From: Deltaproteobacteria bacterium
GTDB taxonomy: Bacteria > Desulfobacterota > Syntrophia > Syntrophales > JAAYKM01
Assembly (NCBI GenBank): GCA_012522415.1
Contig: JAAYKM010000032.1
Location: forward strand, 2,414 to 66,413
DNA length: 64,000 bases
Direction: 5' to 3'
Under the pieces are notes generated by a model. It was not told the DNA's origin. It made no database searches and worked only from the letters and a program-made list of their open reading frames with translations. Numbering within the stretch: position 1 is the first letter of the stretch; each line of letters starts with the position of its first letter. A program made the position numbers and the translations under genes. Positions 1 to 10,020 of the stretch are shown here, piece after piece.

Positions 1-2
1 AA

Positions 3-272
3 GGAGAGGCAGGAATAGAAGGCTTATTGGAAAAGTCAGGTATTCTCTCCGATCCTCAGTACAACTATGTGACAGGCATTCTGCTAATGATCCATCCGTG
101 GCACAGGCCTACCGAGGTTTGGGGTCTATTCGACTCTCAGGTACACGCGCAGTGGAACGATAGCAACCCTGAGATAGCCAAGTGTCTGTTTATCCTTACT
201 GGTGACAACTGGAACGACGATATGGATTCAAACGGCTGGAATCTCCAAGGGGCCTTGCAGAGCAATGGCTAA
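3..272 (+). CDS. 3' end of an unidentified protein that starts upstream of the window
   Basis: The frame is open from the window edge to TAA at 270-272; the track lists only the TTG-started part 27..272. The Trp/Asn/Asp-rich C-terminus (GDNWNDDMDSNGWNLQGALQSNG) is not assignable to a family by eye. Confidence 0.3.
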   Translation, partial: GEAGIEGLLEKSGILSDPQYNYVTGILLMIHPWHRPTEVWGLFDSQVHAQWNDSNPEIAKCLFILTGDNWNDDMDSNGWNLQGALQSNG

Positions 273-714
273 CAAAAAAATCCAGCGGACGTCTTACAGC
301 CGCCGCTGATTTTAGCGTTAGGCCATTGGTTAAACCCGCCGGCCGATGCCGATAGAGAACAAACATCAGCCCGGGTGGCATGACTTTGTGCGACAAGTAT
401 CCTGACAGACACCGAGACGCCGGTCGAATTTTACAGCGGCAACCGGGTGCGGCCTTCGAGGCGTTGAGGAAGGCTGACAACAAAAAGGTGACCAACATCT
501 TACATAGTCATCCCTGAAAAACTCTGTACGACCTTTTTAGATCCCTTTATTACGACCGGAAACACTTTCCATCAAGATCGCGAGGCGGGATTTGACGAGG
601 TCTCTGTGTCGGATGCCCTGGTTATGAAGGAGCATGGGTTATGAATCAATGATCCCATGGGAAACCATCCTGCGGTAACATTTTATTTGAGGTAATTCGA
701 ACAGGTGGCGGTGT

Positions 715-745
715 TTGACAGTTCTCGTCATTTGTGAGATATAAG
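715..745 (+). promoter_or_regulatory. putative sigma70-type promoter upstream of pfk
   Basis: TTGACA at 715-720 is followed after 17-19 nt by GATATA/TATAAG (738-745), about 70 nt upstream of the pfk GTG start. Confidence 0.3.
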
Positions 746-815
746 GAAAATCGCTTGACTCATGATCCATTGAACGAAACCGGCGGTAATACCGCCGTGA
801 CAGGGGAGACGCGGG

Positions 816-2129
816 GTGACCGAAGATATTCTGAATTTGCATATTGAGAGTCTCGGCGAAAATACGATTCCTTCGCCGGTCCTTACGAGTAAATTTACTT
901 CTGATAACAAGCGCGTTCTCTTCAACATAGGGTTGGAGAGTTATAACGCTTTTACCACGGCCGACGGCCAACCCCTTTCTCTGGAACTGGCCGGTCCCAG
1001 GGAGGAAATCTTCTTTGATCCCGCAAAAACGAAAGCTGCCATTGTGACTTGCGGTGGACTCTGCCCCGGGATTAACGATGTCATCCGGGCCATTGTCATG
1101 GGACTGTATCATCGTTACAGTGTAACGAACATCATCGGGATCCGTTATGGGTTTCAGGGTATGATTCCAAAATACGGGCACGAGGTTCGCACGCTGACTC
1201 CGGAAACGGTCCAGGACATCCACACCCTCGGCGGGAGCATCCTCGCCTCATCCCGCGGCAAGCAGGACATTGAGGAAATGGTGACCGCTCTGAAACGGAT
1301 GAACATCGACATTTTTTTCTGTATTGGTGGAGACGGCACCATGCGCGCCGCGGGACTGATTGCCGAGGAAATTATGCGGAGAGAGTGGAACATCAGCGTG
1401 ATCGGCATCCCGAAAACGATTGACAACGATTTAAATCTCATTGAAAAAACGTTTGGTTTCGATACGGCCATTTCGGAAGCCGTCAAGGCGATTCAATCAG
1501 CCCATGTCGAGGCCAAAGGCGCGCCCATGGGTATCGGTCTCGTCAAACTGATGGGTAGGCAATCCGGGCACATTGCCGTTGGCGCCGCTCTGGCTCAAAA
1601 TGACGCCAATTTTGTTCTGATCCCGGAAGTGCCTTTTGATCTCGACGGAGAAAAGGGGTTTCTCAGGGCTCTGGAAAAACGGATGTTGAGAAGAAAACAT
1701 TGTGTCATCCTGGTTGCGGAAGGAGCAGGCCAGGAACTGATGAGGCAAGTCGATACATCACCCGTGGAAACGGATGCTTCGGGGAATCTGCGGCTCCTGG
1801 ATATCGGGTTCTTTCTCCGTTCAAAAGTTGAGGAGTACTTCAAGAAAATCGGGATGGAAATCAACCTGAAATACATTGATCCGAGCTACATGATTCGGAG
1901 CGTCCGAGCCAACGCCGGCGATAGTATTTACTGTGGTGCTCTCGGACTTTACGCGGTGCATGCGGCGATGGCCGGGAAAACAGGAATGCTCGTCGGATTG
2001 ACCCGGGACGAATATGTGCATATTCCCATCCGGATGGTGACCTTCGGCAAGAAGGTCGATCCGGACAGTACCACCTGGCTGCGTGTTCTGGAATCAACCG
2101 GGCAGCCGAATATGAAAAATGAATTATAA
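816..2129 (+). CDS. pfkA: 6-phosphofructokinase (PfkA family, long form)
   Basis: 437 aa with motifs [32 protein letters not shown] and [13 protein letters not shown] rather than GGDD suggests ATP dependence. GGGGAG Shine-Dalgarno (SD) sequence before the GTG start. Confidence 0.9.
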   Translation: MTEDILNLHIESLGENTIPSPVLTSKFTSDNKRVLFNIGLESYNAFTTADGQPLSLELAGPREEIFFDPAKTKAAIVTCGGLCPGINDVIRAIVMGLYHRYSVTNIIGIRYGFQGMIPKYGHEVRTLTPETVQDIHTLGGSILASSRGKQDIEEMVTALKRMNIDIFFCIGGDGTMRAAGLIAEEIMRREWNISVIGIPKTIDNDLNLIEKTFGFDTAISEAVKAIQSAHVEAKGAPMGIGLVKLMGRQSGHIAVGAALAQNDANFVLIPEVPFDLDGEKGFLRALEKRMLRRKHCVILVAEGAGQELMRQVDTSPVETDASGNLRLLDIGFFLRSKVEEYFKKIGMEINLKYIDPSYMIRSVRANAGDSIYCGALGLYAVHAAMAGKTGMLVGLTRDEYVHIPIRMVTFGKKVDPDSTTWLRVLESTGQPNMKNEL

Positions 2130-2194
2130 AATGCTTGCAAATTCCTACGGGATGCTTTAGAAGGCGCCATACTGAATTCAACAGGAGTCAAATC

Positions 2195-2392
2195 ATGTCA
2201 AGGGTATGTGAAATATGCGGAAAGAAACCGTCCGTAGGGAATAATGTCAGTCATGCGAACAACAAGACGAAGAAGGTCTGGTATCCCAACCTGCAAAAGT
2301 TGCGTTGCATCGACAAGAAGACCGGTTCCATCAGCAAACTCAAGGTGTGCACCCGCTGCCTACGTTCCGGCTTTGTCACCAAGGCCCTGTAA
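2195..2392 (+). CDS. rpmB: 50S ribosomal protein L28
   Basis: [35 protein letters not shown] is a typical L28 sequence. ATG at 2195 is preceded by ACAGGAG. The track ORF 2135..2392 carries a spurious N-terminal extension. Confidence 0.92.
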   Translation: MSRVCEICGKKPSVGNNVSHANNKTKKVWYPNLQKLRCIDKKTGSISKLKVCTRCLRSGFVTKAL

Positions 2393-3187
2393 TATACCGC
2401 AGTAGGGGGATTCCCGTATCGCCCGGACAACTCCGTGGAGATAGGGCGTGGGGTCGCCGATCAGGGACATGCCCTGATCCATCAGTTCCTCCATCCCCGC
2501 GCAGGCCGATTCATTCGCATCATCTGCACCGAATATCCTGACATAACGGGGGACCCGTTCGTCCCCTTTCGTAAACCGGATCATTTTCTCCAGCGTGTAA
2601 AAATCCATGGCGTGGTTCATGGCCTCCCTGATCACCGATTCTTCGACCCCGAACAGCCAAGACAGTGTTTTTGTGAATTCGGGCATATAATATCTATCCG
2701 TCTTTGCCATGGCATCCTGAAAAAGGTCGATCAGGCCGTTCCCGGCCGCTGTTTCCCGGAGATAAACGTCTATGCTGAGCTCAACGATCATATGAGAACG
2801 GTAGATGGCCTCCAGCCGATTCACGGCACAGCCGAACCTCGCGCAGTAATCCATAATCGGGTCAACCAGGGATTTACCCATGACATAAGTGTAGCCGGTG
2901 GCATCGGGATTGAACTCCGTGACCACCTCTTCGCAGATTCGCCCATGATGGGCAATATCGTCGGCCAGAAGATGGATCTGCACATAGTGCGCTTTCCTGA
3001 ACTCCGGGGGGACTTTCATGAAACGGGGAATGCGGTGGGTCATGGAAGAATGGACGCTGCGATGTATCGGCAGGATATCGGGACAGACATTATAGACAAA
3101 AATATCCGGTGTCGTCACTTCCAGGCCGGCCAGGTCCAGAAGTTCCCTCAGGATCCAGGTATGCGTCAACATCAACATAGAACCCAT
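2360..3187 (-). CDS. hypothetical protein, possibly a metal-dependent hydrolase (His-rich motifs)
   Basis: 275-aa ORF with protein-like composition ([11 protein letters not shown]..., [11 protein letters not shown]). The 354-aa plus-strand ORF on the opposite strand is R/H/G-rich junk. The 3' end overlaps the rpmB 3' end by 33 nt. Confidence 0.55.
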   Translation of the reverse strand: MGSMLMLTHTWILRELLDLAGLEVTTPDIFVYNVCPDILPIHRSVHSSMTHRIPRFMKVPPEFRKAHYVQIHLLADDIAHHGRICEEVVTEFNPDATGYTYVMGKSLVDPIMDYCARFGCAVNRLEAIYRSHMIVELSIDVYLRETAAGNGLIDLFQDAMAKTDRYYMPEFTKTLSWLFGVEESVIREAMNHAMDFYTLEKMIRFTKGDERVPRYVRIFGADDANESACAGMEELMDQGMSLIGDPTPYLHGVVRAIRESPYCGILQGLGDKAGT

Positions 3188-3265
3188 CTCTTCGAGTTTA
3201 CTTCTTGTAAGGGTTCAACAAGATATTATCGAAGGCAAATTTATTTTTCTTGCCGGCCCGGATTT

Positions 3266-3493
3266 TCAGGTACAGGGAACTTCTTCGATGGGAAAAGTAC
3301 TTTGCAAGTCCCTCAGCAAAAAATCAAAATCCTCCTGTTGATCCGCGATAATCGAAATCTGAAGGCGAGCCGGTTTCGGATCGATGGTCGTCACGACGGC
3401 CATTCCTTCGTAGCCCTCGATAATAAACTGAATGGCGGCGATATCCCTGCGATCAACCCGGTAATACCTTACAATCATCGTCGCATTTTTCAT
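3266..3493 (-). CDS. DUF4911 domain-containing small protein
   Basis: YYRVDRRDIAAIQFIIEGYEGMAVVTTIDP matches the DUF4911 pattern from memory. ATG at 3493 has a GAAGG SD; the track start 3517 is an upstream TTG. Confidence 0.6.
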   Translation of the reverse strand: MKNATMIVRYYRVDRRDIAAIQFIIEGYEGMAVVTTIDPKPARLQISIIADQQEDFDFLLRDLQSTFPIEEVPCT

Positions 3494-3557
3494 GCATGAT
3501 GCCTTCAGTTGCTTCAATCAGTAAAGAAGTAGCACCCTGAAATGTTTCCTGCAAGAC

Positions 3558-3587
3558 AAAAAGCGGCCGGGGAGCCCGGCCGCTTTT
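3558..3587 (-). terminator. rho-independent terminator (bidirectional shape)
   Basis: AAAAGCGGCCGGG-GAG-CCCGGCCGCTTTT forms a perfect 9-bp GC stem flanked by A and T runs, about 40 nt after the stop of the 3627..3953 gene. Confidence 0.8.
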
Positions 3588-3626
3588 CGCATCAACTTTG
3601 TTGGTTCCCTTGGTTCTCGGGTCAGC

Positions 3627-3953
3627 TCAACGTCTGTTCCCATGGATATTATCGACATAACGGTTGTGGGCATGTCCCCTATTTTTGAGGGGAAGCTGCT
3701 TTTTTCCGGACCCATGGTGGCCATGCTTGTGACCAGAACTGTACGCATGCCAACGGGAATAAACGGGTTTCGCTTTGACGAAAACCGGAGAAGGCGGATG
3801 GTACACACGCGGTGAATCGAATGTCACAACGGGAACCGGCAAACCCAAAAAGAATCCTATCGATATGTCGGCGGCCAAGGTTGGTTTCGGCAGCATCACG
3901 ACCGCTGCCCCAAGCATCAACGTTACAAAGATTGTCCTGAGAGTTTTCATCAT
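3627..3953 (-). CDS. small secreted protein with a His-rich C-terminus
   Basis: AAGGAGG SD before ATGATG at 3953. Signal peptide MMKTLRTIFVTLMLGAAVVMLPKPTLA. The C-terminal part contains HKHGHHG and GHAHN. Confidence 0.6.
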   Translation of the reverse strand: MMKTLRTIFVTLMLGAAVVMLPKPTLAADISIGFFLGLPVPVVTFDSPRVYHPPSPVFVKAKPVYSRWHAYSSGHKHGHHGSGKKQLPLKNRGHAHNRYVDNIHGNRR

Positions 3954-4158
3954 ATCCTTACCTCCTTGTCTTGTTTGAATGACGTTCTTTTGTTGTGTTT
4001 TATATGTCTCGATCATTTCAATTCCCATGCCAACGATTGGTAATTTGCCTTATGATGAGTATTTTCGGGAAGATAGCTCTTGCCGGTTCAGTGAATCGGC
4101 ATTGTGGCGCAAAATGACTGCATAGAATGTTCGCATTTATGGCCGATCCGCCGTATGA

Positions 4159-4815
4159 ATAGTATCCAGGCCCTTAAGAAACAGGGCCGTTGTCGCCGCC
4201 ACGCTGACCGGACCGTCCATTTTCAAAGGGGTGAGCCGATATGACACCCAGATTTCCACTATTGCCGCCGTCCGCCATTTTCATGAGAAGGTGGGCAGCA
4301 TTATGTTTGTCGGTGGTGAGAATTTCGGCCTTATCACATTCAATGACGAAGGTGACTACGAACGCTATCGGTCAAACACCTCCTGCGCCGCCGGAACGGG
4401 CGGTTTCATTGAGGAACAGGCCGTGAAACGCGGTGTTTCTCTTTCGGGATACGCAGACCGCGCTCTGGTCGCCGTTCTGGAACACCGGTTGAAGAAACCT
4501 GTTTTTGTCTCCAGATTTTGTCACCTGACGGGTGCCCTTGGGAGCGCCCTGATCCTGGCGGAGAACGGGCTCCAACGCTCCGGTTTTCGAGGCCTTGCCC
4601 TCTGTCGGGAAGAGATGCCTGTTGAAAATGAGGTATGTGAGATTTGCCATAATCACTGCAAGATTTGTAAGGTAATTGTGCAGGGGGAAACGGTGGTGTT
4701 CGGGTTTTTGTGTGGGCGGGATTATGAGACCAAGGGTATGTCGGTCCGGCCCGGAGAAAATACGATCTTCTGGATGTGCGCCGGCAGGTGTTTCGGTCCG
4801 TAGAGAGATCCGGCC
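4159..4815 (+). pseudogene. decayed remnant of a BadF/BcrA/HgdC-type CoA-substrate-specific enzyme activase
   Basis: The frame opens after TGA at 4156. It keeps the activase motifs GGENFGLI and NTSCAAGTGGFIEEQA, then jumps directly to ..HLTGALGSALILA and the Cys cluster CEICHNHCKIC..GFLCGRDYE. The N-terminal ATPase part is missing. The frame breaks near 4765, where the sequence continues as YDLLDVRRQVFRSVE in another frame. Confidence 0.6.
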
Positions 4816-5028
4816 CTACATCAAATTTCCTCGTAAGGAATCGAGGGAAGTGTTGGCGTAGGGGCGGATGTCAGGGGAAACAAAAGGAAAGGTATGGAGT
4901 TGGAAACCTGGAGATCGTGAGAGGGTTGTGCTTGTTCCCCGGGAGAAGGGACTTATAAATACCTTGACAAGGAACGAGCCATTCCGTAACGTAACTCCCC
5001 TGAGTAACCGGGAAAAACAGGACAGGGC

Positions 5029-5439
5029 ATGTACGCACGCAAAATCGTTATCCGTTATAGTGCCGATATCGTAGAAGAGCCGATTATTTATGAGCTGGTC
5101 AAAAAACACGATCTCGTCTTCAATATTCTGAAGGCGCGTATTTTTCCGCGTCGCGAAGGTGTCATTGTCCTTGAACTGACGGGAACAAAGGAAAACTTTG
5201 ATTCCGGCATCCGCTTTCTCAAGGAAAAAGGCCTCAAGGTTGAATCCCTGTCCAAAAGCGTCAGCCAAAATCTGGACCGCTGTGTTCACTGCGGAGCTTG
5301 TACCGCATTCTGCCCAACCGGGGCCCTCTATTTCGACCGGGAAACCTGGCAGGTTCATTTCGATCCCGAGCGGTGTAACGGTTGCGAACTCTGTGTAACC
5401 GCATGTTCGGCACGCGCCATGGAGATCAATCTGTTTTAG
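5029..5439 (+). CDS. NIL domain / 2x[4Fe-4S] ferredoxin fusion protein
   Basis: The N-terminal IVEEPIIYELVKKHDLVFNILKARI is NIL-like. The C-terminus has CVHCGACTAFCP and CNGCELCVTAC. Confidence 0.75.
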   Translation: MYARKIVIRYSADIVEEPIIYELVKKHDLVFNILKARIFPRREGVIVLELTGTKENFDSGIRFLKEKGLKVESLSKSVSQNLDRCVHCGACTAFCPTGALYFDRETWQVHFDPERCNGCELCVTACSARAMEINLF

Positions 5440-5443
5440 CCTG

Positions 5444-5794
5444 TTAAGGCTTTGTGCCCTTTCCCGGTTCCGGGTGCCATATTTTATCGACTTCTTCTAT
5501 TTTCTGCTTCCCCTTTTCGATATATTCCTTGCCCATTTTGTAGCCCGTTATGCCTTTTTCTACGGATTCAATGGTTTTCTGCTCCGCTGTTTTCAGGGTT
5601 GATTGGATATTCTGTTTAGCCGTTTCCGGGTTCTTCCAGTAAAAGTATCCGTAGATACCAAGGAAGATGAGGAGAACAAGCAGGGCCATTTTGAAGAGTT
5701 TTTTAAAGAGAAACCAGGTAATAAAAAAGGCGCAGCAAACGGCTATCGCTACCGTGAGCTGGTGACTGGTTATGTAACGGATGAGTTCGTCCAT
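5444..5794 (-). CDS. small membrane protein (2 TM, Lys/Glu-rich tail)
   Basis: CAGGAGG SD before ATG at 5794. Two hydrophobic helices are followed by a charged C-terminus. Confidence 0.5.
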   Translation of the reverse strand: MDELIRYITSHQLTVAIAVCCAFFITWFLFKKLFKMALLVLLIFLGIYGYFYWKNPETAKQNIQSTLKTAEQKTIESVEKGITGYKMGKEYIEKGKQKIEEVDKIWHPEPGKGTKP

Positions 5795-6088
5795 GCTGTT
5801 AAACCTCCTGGAAAGATGATGGTTATAGACGAGCCATACAGGATAAACAATATCATACGGCGCTAATTTACAGAAAAACGCCAAGAAAATCCAGCCCTCC
5901 TTTCATCTTGACAAAGCAGGAGCCTATGAAATAGTTACGACGAAGGGACAGAAGAAAGATAATGAAATATTACGGTATATTAGATGAATACCAGTTCACT
6001 GTGGGCGTGAAAGAACCTGTAAAACCGGTCAATCGAGGGGGTATGAATTTAAAAAACGGTGCATGTTTTGCCACAGGGGCGTCAAGCC

Positions 6089-7426
6089 ATGAAGGCTGAT
6101 TTCGGGTGGGGGTACCGAAAGAAAGTGGCGATTACGACCCTGGGATGTAAGGTGAACCAGTACGAGTCATGCGCTCTGGCCGGTGAGTTTAGGAAGCGGG
6201 GCTACGAAGTCGTGCCTTTCGGTACGCCGGCCGACATTTATGTCATTAACACCTGTACGGTGACGGGCCGAAGCGATTATCAGTCCCGCCAGTTGATCCG
6301 GCGAGCCTTCCGCGCCAACCCTGGGGCAATCATTGTCGCGACGGGTTGTTACGCCCAGGTTGCTCCGGAGGAACTTGCGGTGATGCCGGAAGTATCCCTC
6401 ATCGTGGGAAACGATGAAAAGCTGACCCTGCCGGAACGCATCGAAGCGATGGGTGACGGCAACGGGAAGGTTCAGGTCGGCGACATCTGGCATGTGAAAC
6501 ATATTAATTTCCGGTCGGTTTCGTTTTTCCCAGATCACACCCGGGCCTTTCTCAAAATCCAGGATGGATGCAACGCCTGTTGCAGCTACTGCATTGTGCC
6601 GACGGCCCGAGGCAGGAGTCGGAGTCTTCCTCGGGAAAGCGTGTTGACGGAGCTGCGACGTCTGGGGCAAAGCGGATATCAGGAGGTCGTTCTGACGGGG
6701 ATTCATCTGGGGGCCTACGGTCAGGATTTGCCGGAGCCGATGGGGTTGCTCGATATGTTGAAGGCTGTAGAAAAGGAGCGACCCGTTTCCAGGATCCGTC
6801 TGAGTTCCCTGGAACCGGCCGAGATATCCGACGAATTGGTTGATTGGGTTGGGAGATCGAACGTAATCTGCCCGCATTTCCATGTTCCCCTGCAAAGTGG
6901 GGACGATGATGTGCTGCAATCCATGCGACGCGCCTATGATCGCGCCTTTTTTCACGCCTTGATTGAAAAAATTAGGGCGAAGGTGCCTCGGGCAGCCATT
7001 GGCGTCGATGTCATGACAGGGTTCCCGGGCGAGGATGAGGCGGCCTTCCAGAATACCTTTGATTTGATCGCGTCCCTGCCTTTAACCTATCTCCATGTTT
7101 TCCCCTATTCGCGAAGGCACGGGACGGCGGCGGCGGTCATGGAGGGACAGGTGGAGGAGAAGGCCAAGAGGGGGCGGGCGGAGGCGTTGAGACTTCTGGG
7201 AGCCGGGAAAAAGGAAGAATTCGCCCGCTCGTTTGTCGGCGCCGAACTACCCGTTCTGATCGAAGGTTACGGCGGCAGAGATAAAAAAAACATGAGGGGA
7301 TGGACGGACAATTACCTGGCCGTGATTTTTGAACAGGGGAACCCCGATTGGATCAACCAGATTGTCCCTACCCGGATTTTGGACGAAGAAAGGGGACAAC
7401 TCAGGGGGAGGGTCAATCATGCCTGA
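6089..7426 (+). CDS. mtaB: tRNA (N6-threonylcarbamoyladenosine) methylthiotransferase MtaB, a MiaB-like radical SAM enzyme
   Basis: KVAITTLGCKVNQYES is the UPF0004 domain, CNACCSYCIVP is the radical SAM CxxxCxxC motif, and a TRAM-like C-terminus is present. The track start 6059 is an upstream GTG. Confidence 0.85.
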   Translation: MKADFGWGYRKKVAITTLGCKVNQYESCALAGEFRKRGYEVVPFGTPADIYVINTCTVTGRSDYQSRQLIRRAFRANPGAIIVATGCYAQVAPEELAVMPEVSLIVGNDEKLTLPERIEAMGDGNGKVQVGDIWHVKHINFRSVSFFPDHTRAFLKIQDGCNACCSYCIVPTARGRSRSLPRESVLTELRRLGQSGYQEVVLTGIHLGAYGQDLPEPMGLLDMLKAVEKERPVSRIRLSSLEPAEISDELVDWVGRSNVICPHFHVPLQSGDDDVLQSMRRAYDRAFFHALIEKIRAKVPRAAIGVDVMTGFPGEDEAAFQNTFDLIASLPLTYLHVFPYSRRHGTAAAVMEGQVEEKAKRGRAEALRLLGAGKKEEFARSFVGAELPVLIEGYGGRDKKNMRGWTDNYLAVIFEQGNPDWINQIVPTRILDEERGQLRGRVNHA

Positions 7427-8141
7427 GAAACGGGATCGTATTTTGCGGCGGTTGGAGGCAAAACTTGGTTATCGGTTCAGGAACAGGGCTCTCCTGGACC
7501 AGGCTCTGACCCACCGTTCCTTTGTCCATGAGAACCCGGATTCGACATTGGAAGACAATGAGCGGATGGAGTTTTTAGGCGATGCCATTTTGGGGTTCTG
7601 CGTCAGCGATATGCTGCTTAGAACTCATGAACATTTCACGGAGGGCCAGCTTTCAAAGGCTCGGGCGTCCCTGGTAAAAGAGGGCTCCCTCAGTATCGTT
7701 GCCGGCATGATTGGCCTGGGTGATTATGTTCGTCTGGGCAAGGGCGAAGAAGCTTCGGGGGGGAAAACCAGGGTCTCCACCCTTGCGGATACACTGGAGG
7801 CTGTGGTGGCCGCTATTTATATGGATGGCGGACTCAGGGAATTGACCGGGTGGTTTCATACTTTTTTTGTTCCTCTCCTGGAACGTAACCCGGAGAAGTT
7901 CCGCTACGCAGATTACAAAACGGCGCTCCAGCAGGTCGCACAGAAAAAATTTCGCGATATTCCAGCTTACACCCTCATCGGCTCATCCGGCCCTGATCAT
8001 CGGAAGCTTTTTGAAGTCCGGCTTGTCACCGGAAACATCGTTACGCAGGGCACCGGGAGGACCAAAAAGGAAGCGGAGCAGGGGGCGGCGCGCCAGGCCC
8101 TGGCGCTGATCGAAGACGATGGCGGGGAAAAGCCGAAATGA
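7419..8141 (+). CDS. rnc: ribonuclease III
   Basis: LTHRSF..NERMEFLGDAIL signature plus a C-terminal dsRBD (KTALQQ...GTGRTKKEAEQGAARQAL). The start ATGCCTGA overlaps the mtaB stop. Confidence 0.92.
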   Translation: MPEKRDRILRRLEAKLGYRFRNRALLDQALTHRSFVHENPDSTLEDNERMEFLGDAILGFCVSDMLLRTHEHFTEGQLSKARASLVKEGSLSIVAGMIGLGDYVRLGKGEEASGGKTRVSTLADTLEAVVAAIYMDGGLRELTGWFHTFFVPLLERNPEKFRYADYKTALQQVAQKKFRDIPAYTLIGSSGPDHRKLFEVRLVTGNIVTQGTGRTKKEAEQGAARQALALIEDDGGEKPK

Positions 8142-8197
8142 CGGCGATGTGAAGGAGACAAGCCAAAATAAACAGACGAAACGAAAAGGAGCAATGA

Positions 8198-9883
8198 ATG
8201 GGTGAGCCAGGCAACAAGATCATTTTTTCCATGATTCAGGTGAGCAAATTTTACGACAAAAGACCGGTGATCCAGGATATTTCCCTGTCGTATTTCTACG
8301 GCGCAAAAATCGGCGTTTTGGGCCTGAACGGCTCGGGAAAAAGTTCGCTCCTGCGGATCATGGCCGGGGTGGACAAGGAGTTCAACGGCCAGCTCATCTT
8401 CAGCCCGGGTTACTCTGTCGGTTTGCTCGAACAGGAACCACATCTGGACGACACCAAGACGGTGCGGGGCATCGTTGAGGAGGCCGTTGCGGAAACAGTC
8501 GAACTGGTGAACGAATATAACCGGATCAACGAGCGGTTCGCCGAACCCATGTCTGATGAAGAAATGGACCGACTTATCGCCCGCCAGGGGGAAGTGCAGG
8601 AAAAACTGGATGCCCTGGATGCCTGGGACTTGGACGAGCGTCTGGAGATGGCCATGGATGCCCTGCGCTGCCCGGAGGGAGACACGCCGGTTGAGATCCT
8701 CTCCGGCGGCGAACGGCGTCGCGTCGCCCTGTGCCGGCTCCTTCTGCAGAAACCGGATATCCTGCTGCTGGACGAGCCGACAAACCACCTGGACGCGGAA
8801 ACCGTGGCCTGGCTGGAGCATCATCTGCAGCGATACGAGGGAACGGTCATTGCCGTGACCCACGACCGCTATTTCCTGGACAACGTCGCCGGCTGGATTC
8901 TGGAACTGGACCGCGGCCGGGGCATCCCGTGGAAGGGGAACTACTCTTCATGGCTGCAGCAGAAGCAGGAACGTCTGCGACAGGAGGAAAAAGCCGAAAC
9001 CCAGCGCCAGAAAACCCTGCAGCGGGAACTCGAATGGATCAGCATGTCCCCCAAGGCGCGGCAGACGAAATCCAAGGCCCGGATCAGCGCCTACGAGGAA
9101 CTCCTTGCTCAGCAGGGCGAGGCCCGCTCCGAGGAACTGGAAATCTATATTCCCCCGGGGCCTCGCTTGGGTAGGGTCGTTGTGGAAGCCGAGGATGTAT
9201 CAAAGGGTTACGGGGACCGTCTCCTCTTCGAGAGGATGAATTTTCTGCTTCCGCCGGGCGGAATTGTCGGGATCATCGGCCCGAACGGCGCCGGAAAGAC
9301 GACTCTGTTCCGGATGATCACGGGACAGGAAACACCGGATGCCGGTCAGATCCGCGTCGGCGAGACGGTCAAACTGGCCTACGTGGACCAGAGCCGGGCC
9401 AGTCTCGACCCGGAAAAGTCGATCTGGGAGGTTATTTCCGGCGGCCGGGATACGCTGCAGTTGGGGGATGTATCGGTTAAGTCGAGGGCTTACGTGGCCA
9501 GGTTTAACTTTTCCGGGGCGGACCAGCAGAAAAAGGTGGCCAACCTCTCCGGTGGGGAACGGAACCGGGTGCACCTGGCCTGTATGCTGAAGGAAGGGGC
9601 CAACGTCCTCCTCCTGGATGAACCCACAAACGACCTCGATGTGAATACCCTGCGTGCCCTGGAGGAGGCCCTGGAGAATTTCGCCGGTTGCGCCGTCGTG
9701 ATCAGCCATGACCGGTGGTTCCTGGATCGTGTGGCCACCCACATCCTGGCCTTTGAGGGTGACAGCAGCGTCGTCTGGTTCGAGGGCGGTTATTCCGATT
9801 ACGAGGCGGACCGGAAAATGAGGCTGGGCGCGGCAAGCGACCGTCCCCGCCGGATCAAGTACCGCCAGTTGACCCGGGCGTGA
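8198..9883 (+). CDS. ettA: ABC-F translational throttle protein EttA
   Basis: 561 aa with two ABC cassettes ([16 protein letters not shown], two LSGGE signatures) and an EttA-like N-terminus and length. Confidence 0.88.
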   Translation: MGEPGNKIIFSMIQVSKFYDKRPVIQDISLSYFYGAKIGVLGLNGSGKSSLLRIMAGVDKEFNGQLIFSPGYSVGLLEQEPHLDDTKTVRGIVEEAVAETVELVNEYNRINERFAEPMSDEEMDRLIARQGEVQEKLDALDAWDLDERLEMAMDALRCPEGDTPVEILSGGERRRVALCRLLLQKPDILLLDEPTNHLDAETVAWLEHHLQRYEGTVIAVTHDRYFLDNVAGWILELDRGRGIPWKGNYSSWLQQKQERLRQEEKAETQRQKTLQRELEWISMSPKARQTKSKARISAYEELLAQQGEARSEELEIYIPPGPRLGRVVVEAEDVSKGYGDRLLFERMNFLLPPGGIVGIIGPNGAGKTTLFRMITGQETPDAGQIRVGETVKLAYVDQSRASLDPEKSIWEVISGGRDTLQLGDVSVKSRAYVARFNFSGADQQKKVANLSGGERNRVHLACMLKEGANVLLLDEPTNDLDVNTLRALEEALENFAGCAVVISHDRWFLDRVATHILAFEGDSSVVWFEGGYSDYEADRKMRLGAASDRPRRIKYRQLTRA

Positions 9884-10020
9884 TACGGGGGTGTCAGGTT
9901 GTGATGCGGAGCAGGAACCCCTTAAGGGAATGCCCTTCAGGGCGGGCCAGCTATTCCGGTATGATTGTAAGAAACGATTGAACGAAGAGGGGACAAACAC
10001 GAAATCAGCGGGGGACATCC

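Noticed and set aside
3-640. Asn/Trp-rich C-terminus of the first partial ORF, considered as the variable region of a diversity-generating retroelement target
   Set aside because: No template-repeat-like copy of the 3' coding sequence was found in the following 500 bp, no reverse transcriptase gene is present, and the sequence lacks the usual C-type-lectin VR pattern.
2360-2392. 33-nt overlap of the convergent 3' ends of rpmB and the 275-aa hypothetical gene
   Set aside because: It is probably real but unremarkable. It could also reflect a slightly earlier true stop or an alternative end of the hypothetical protein. No regulatory inference can be drawn from the sequence.
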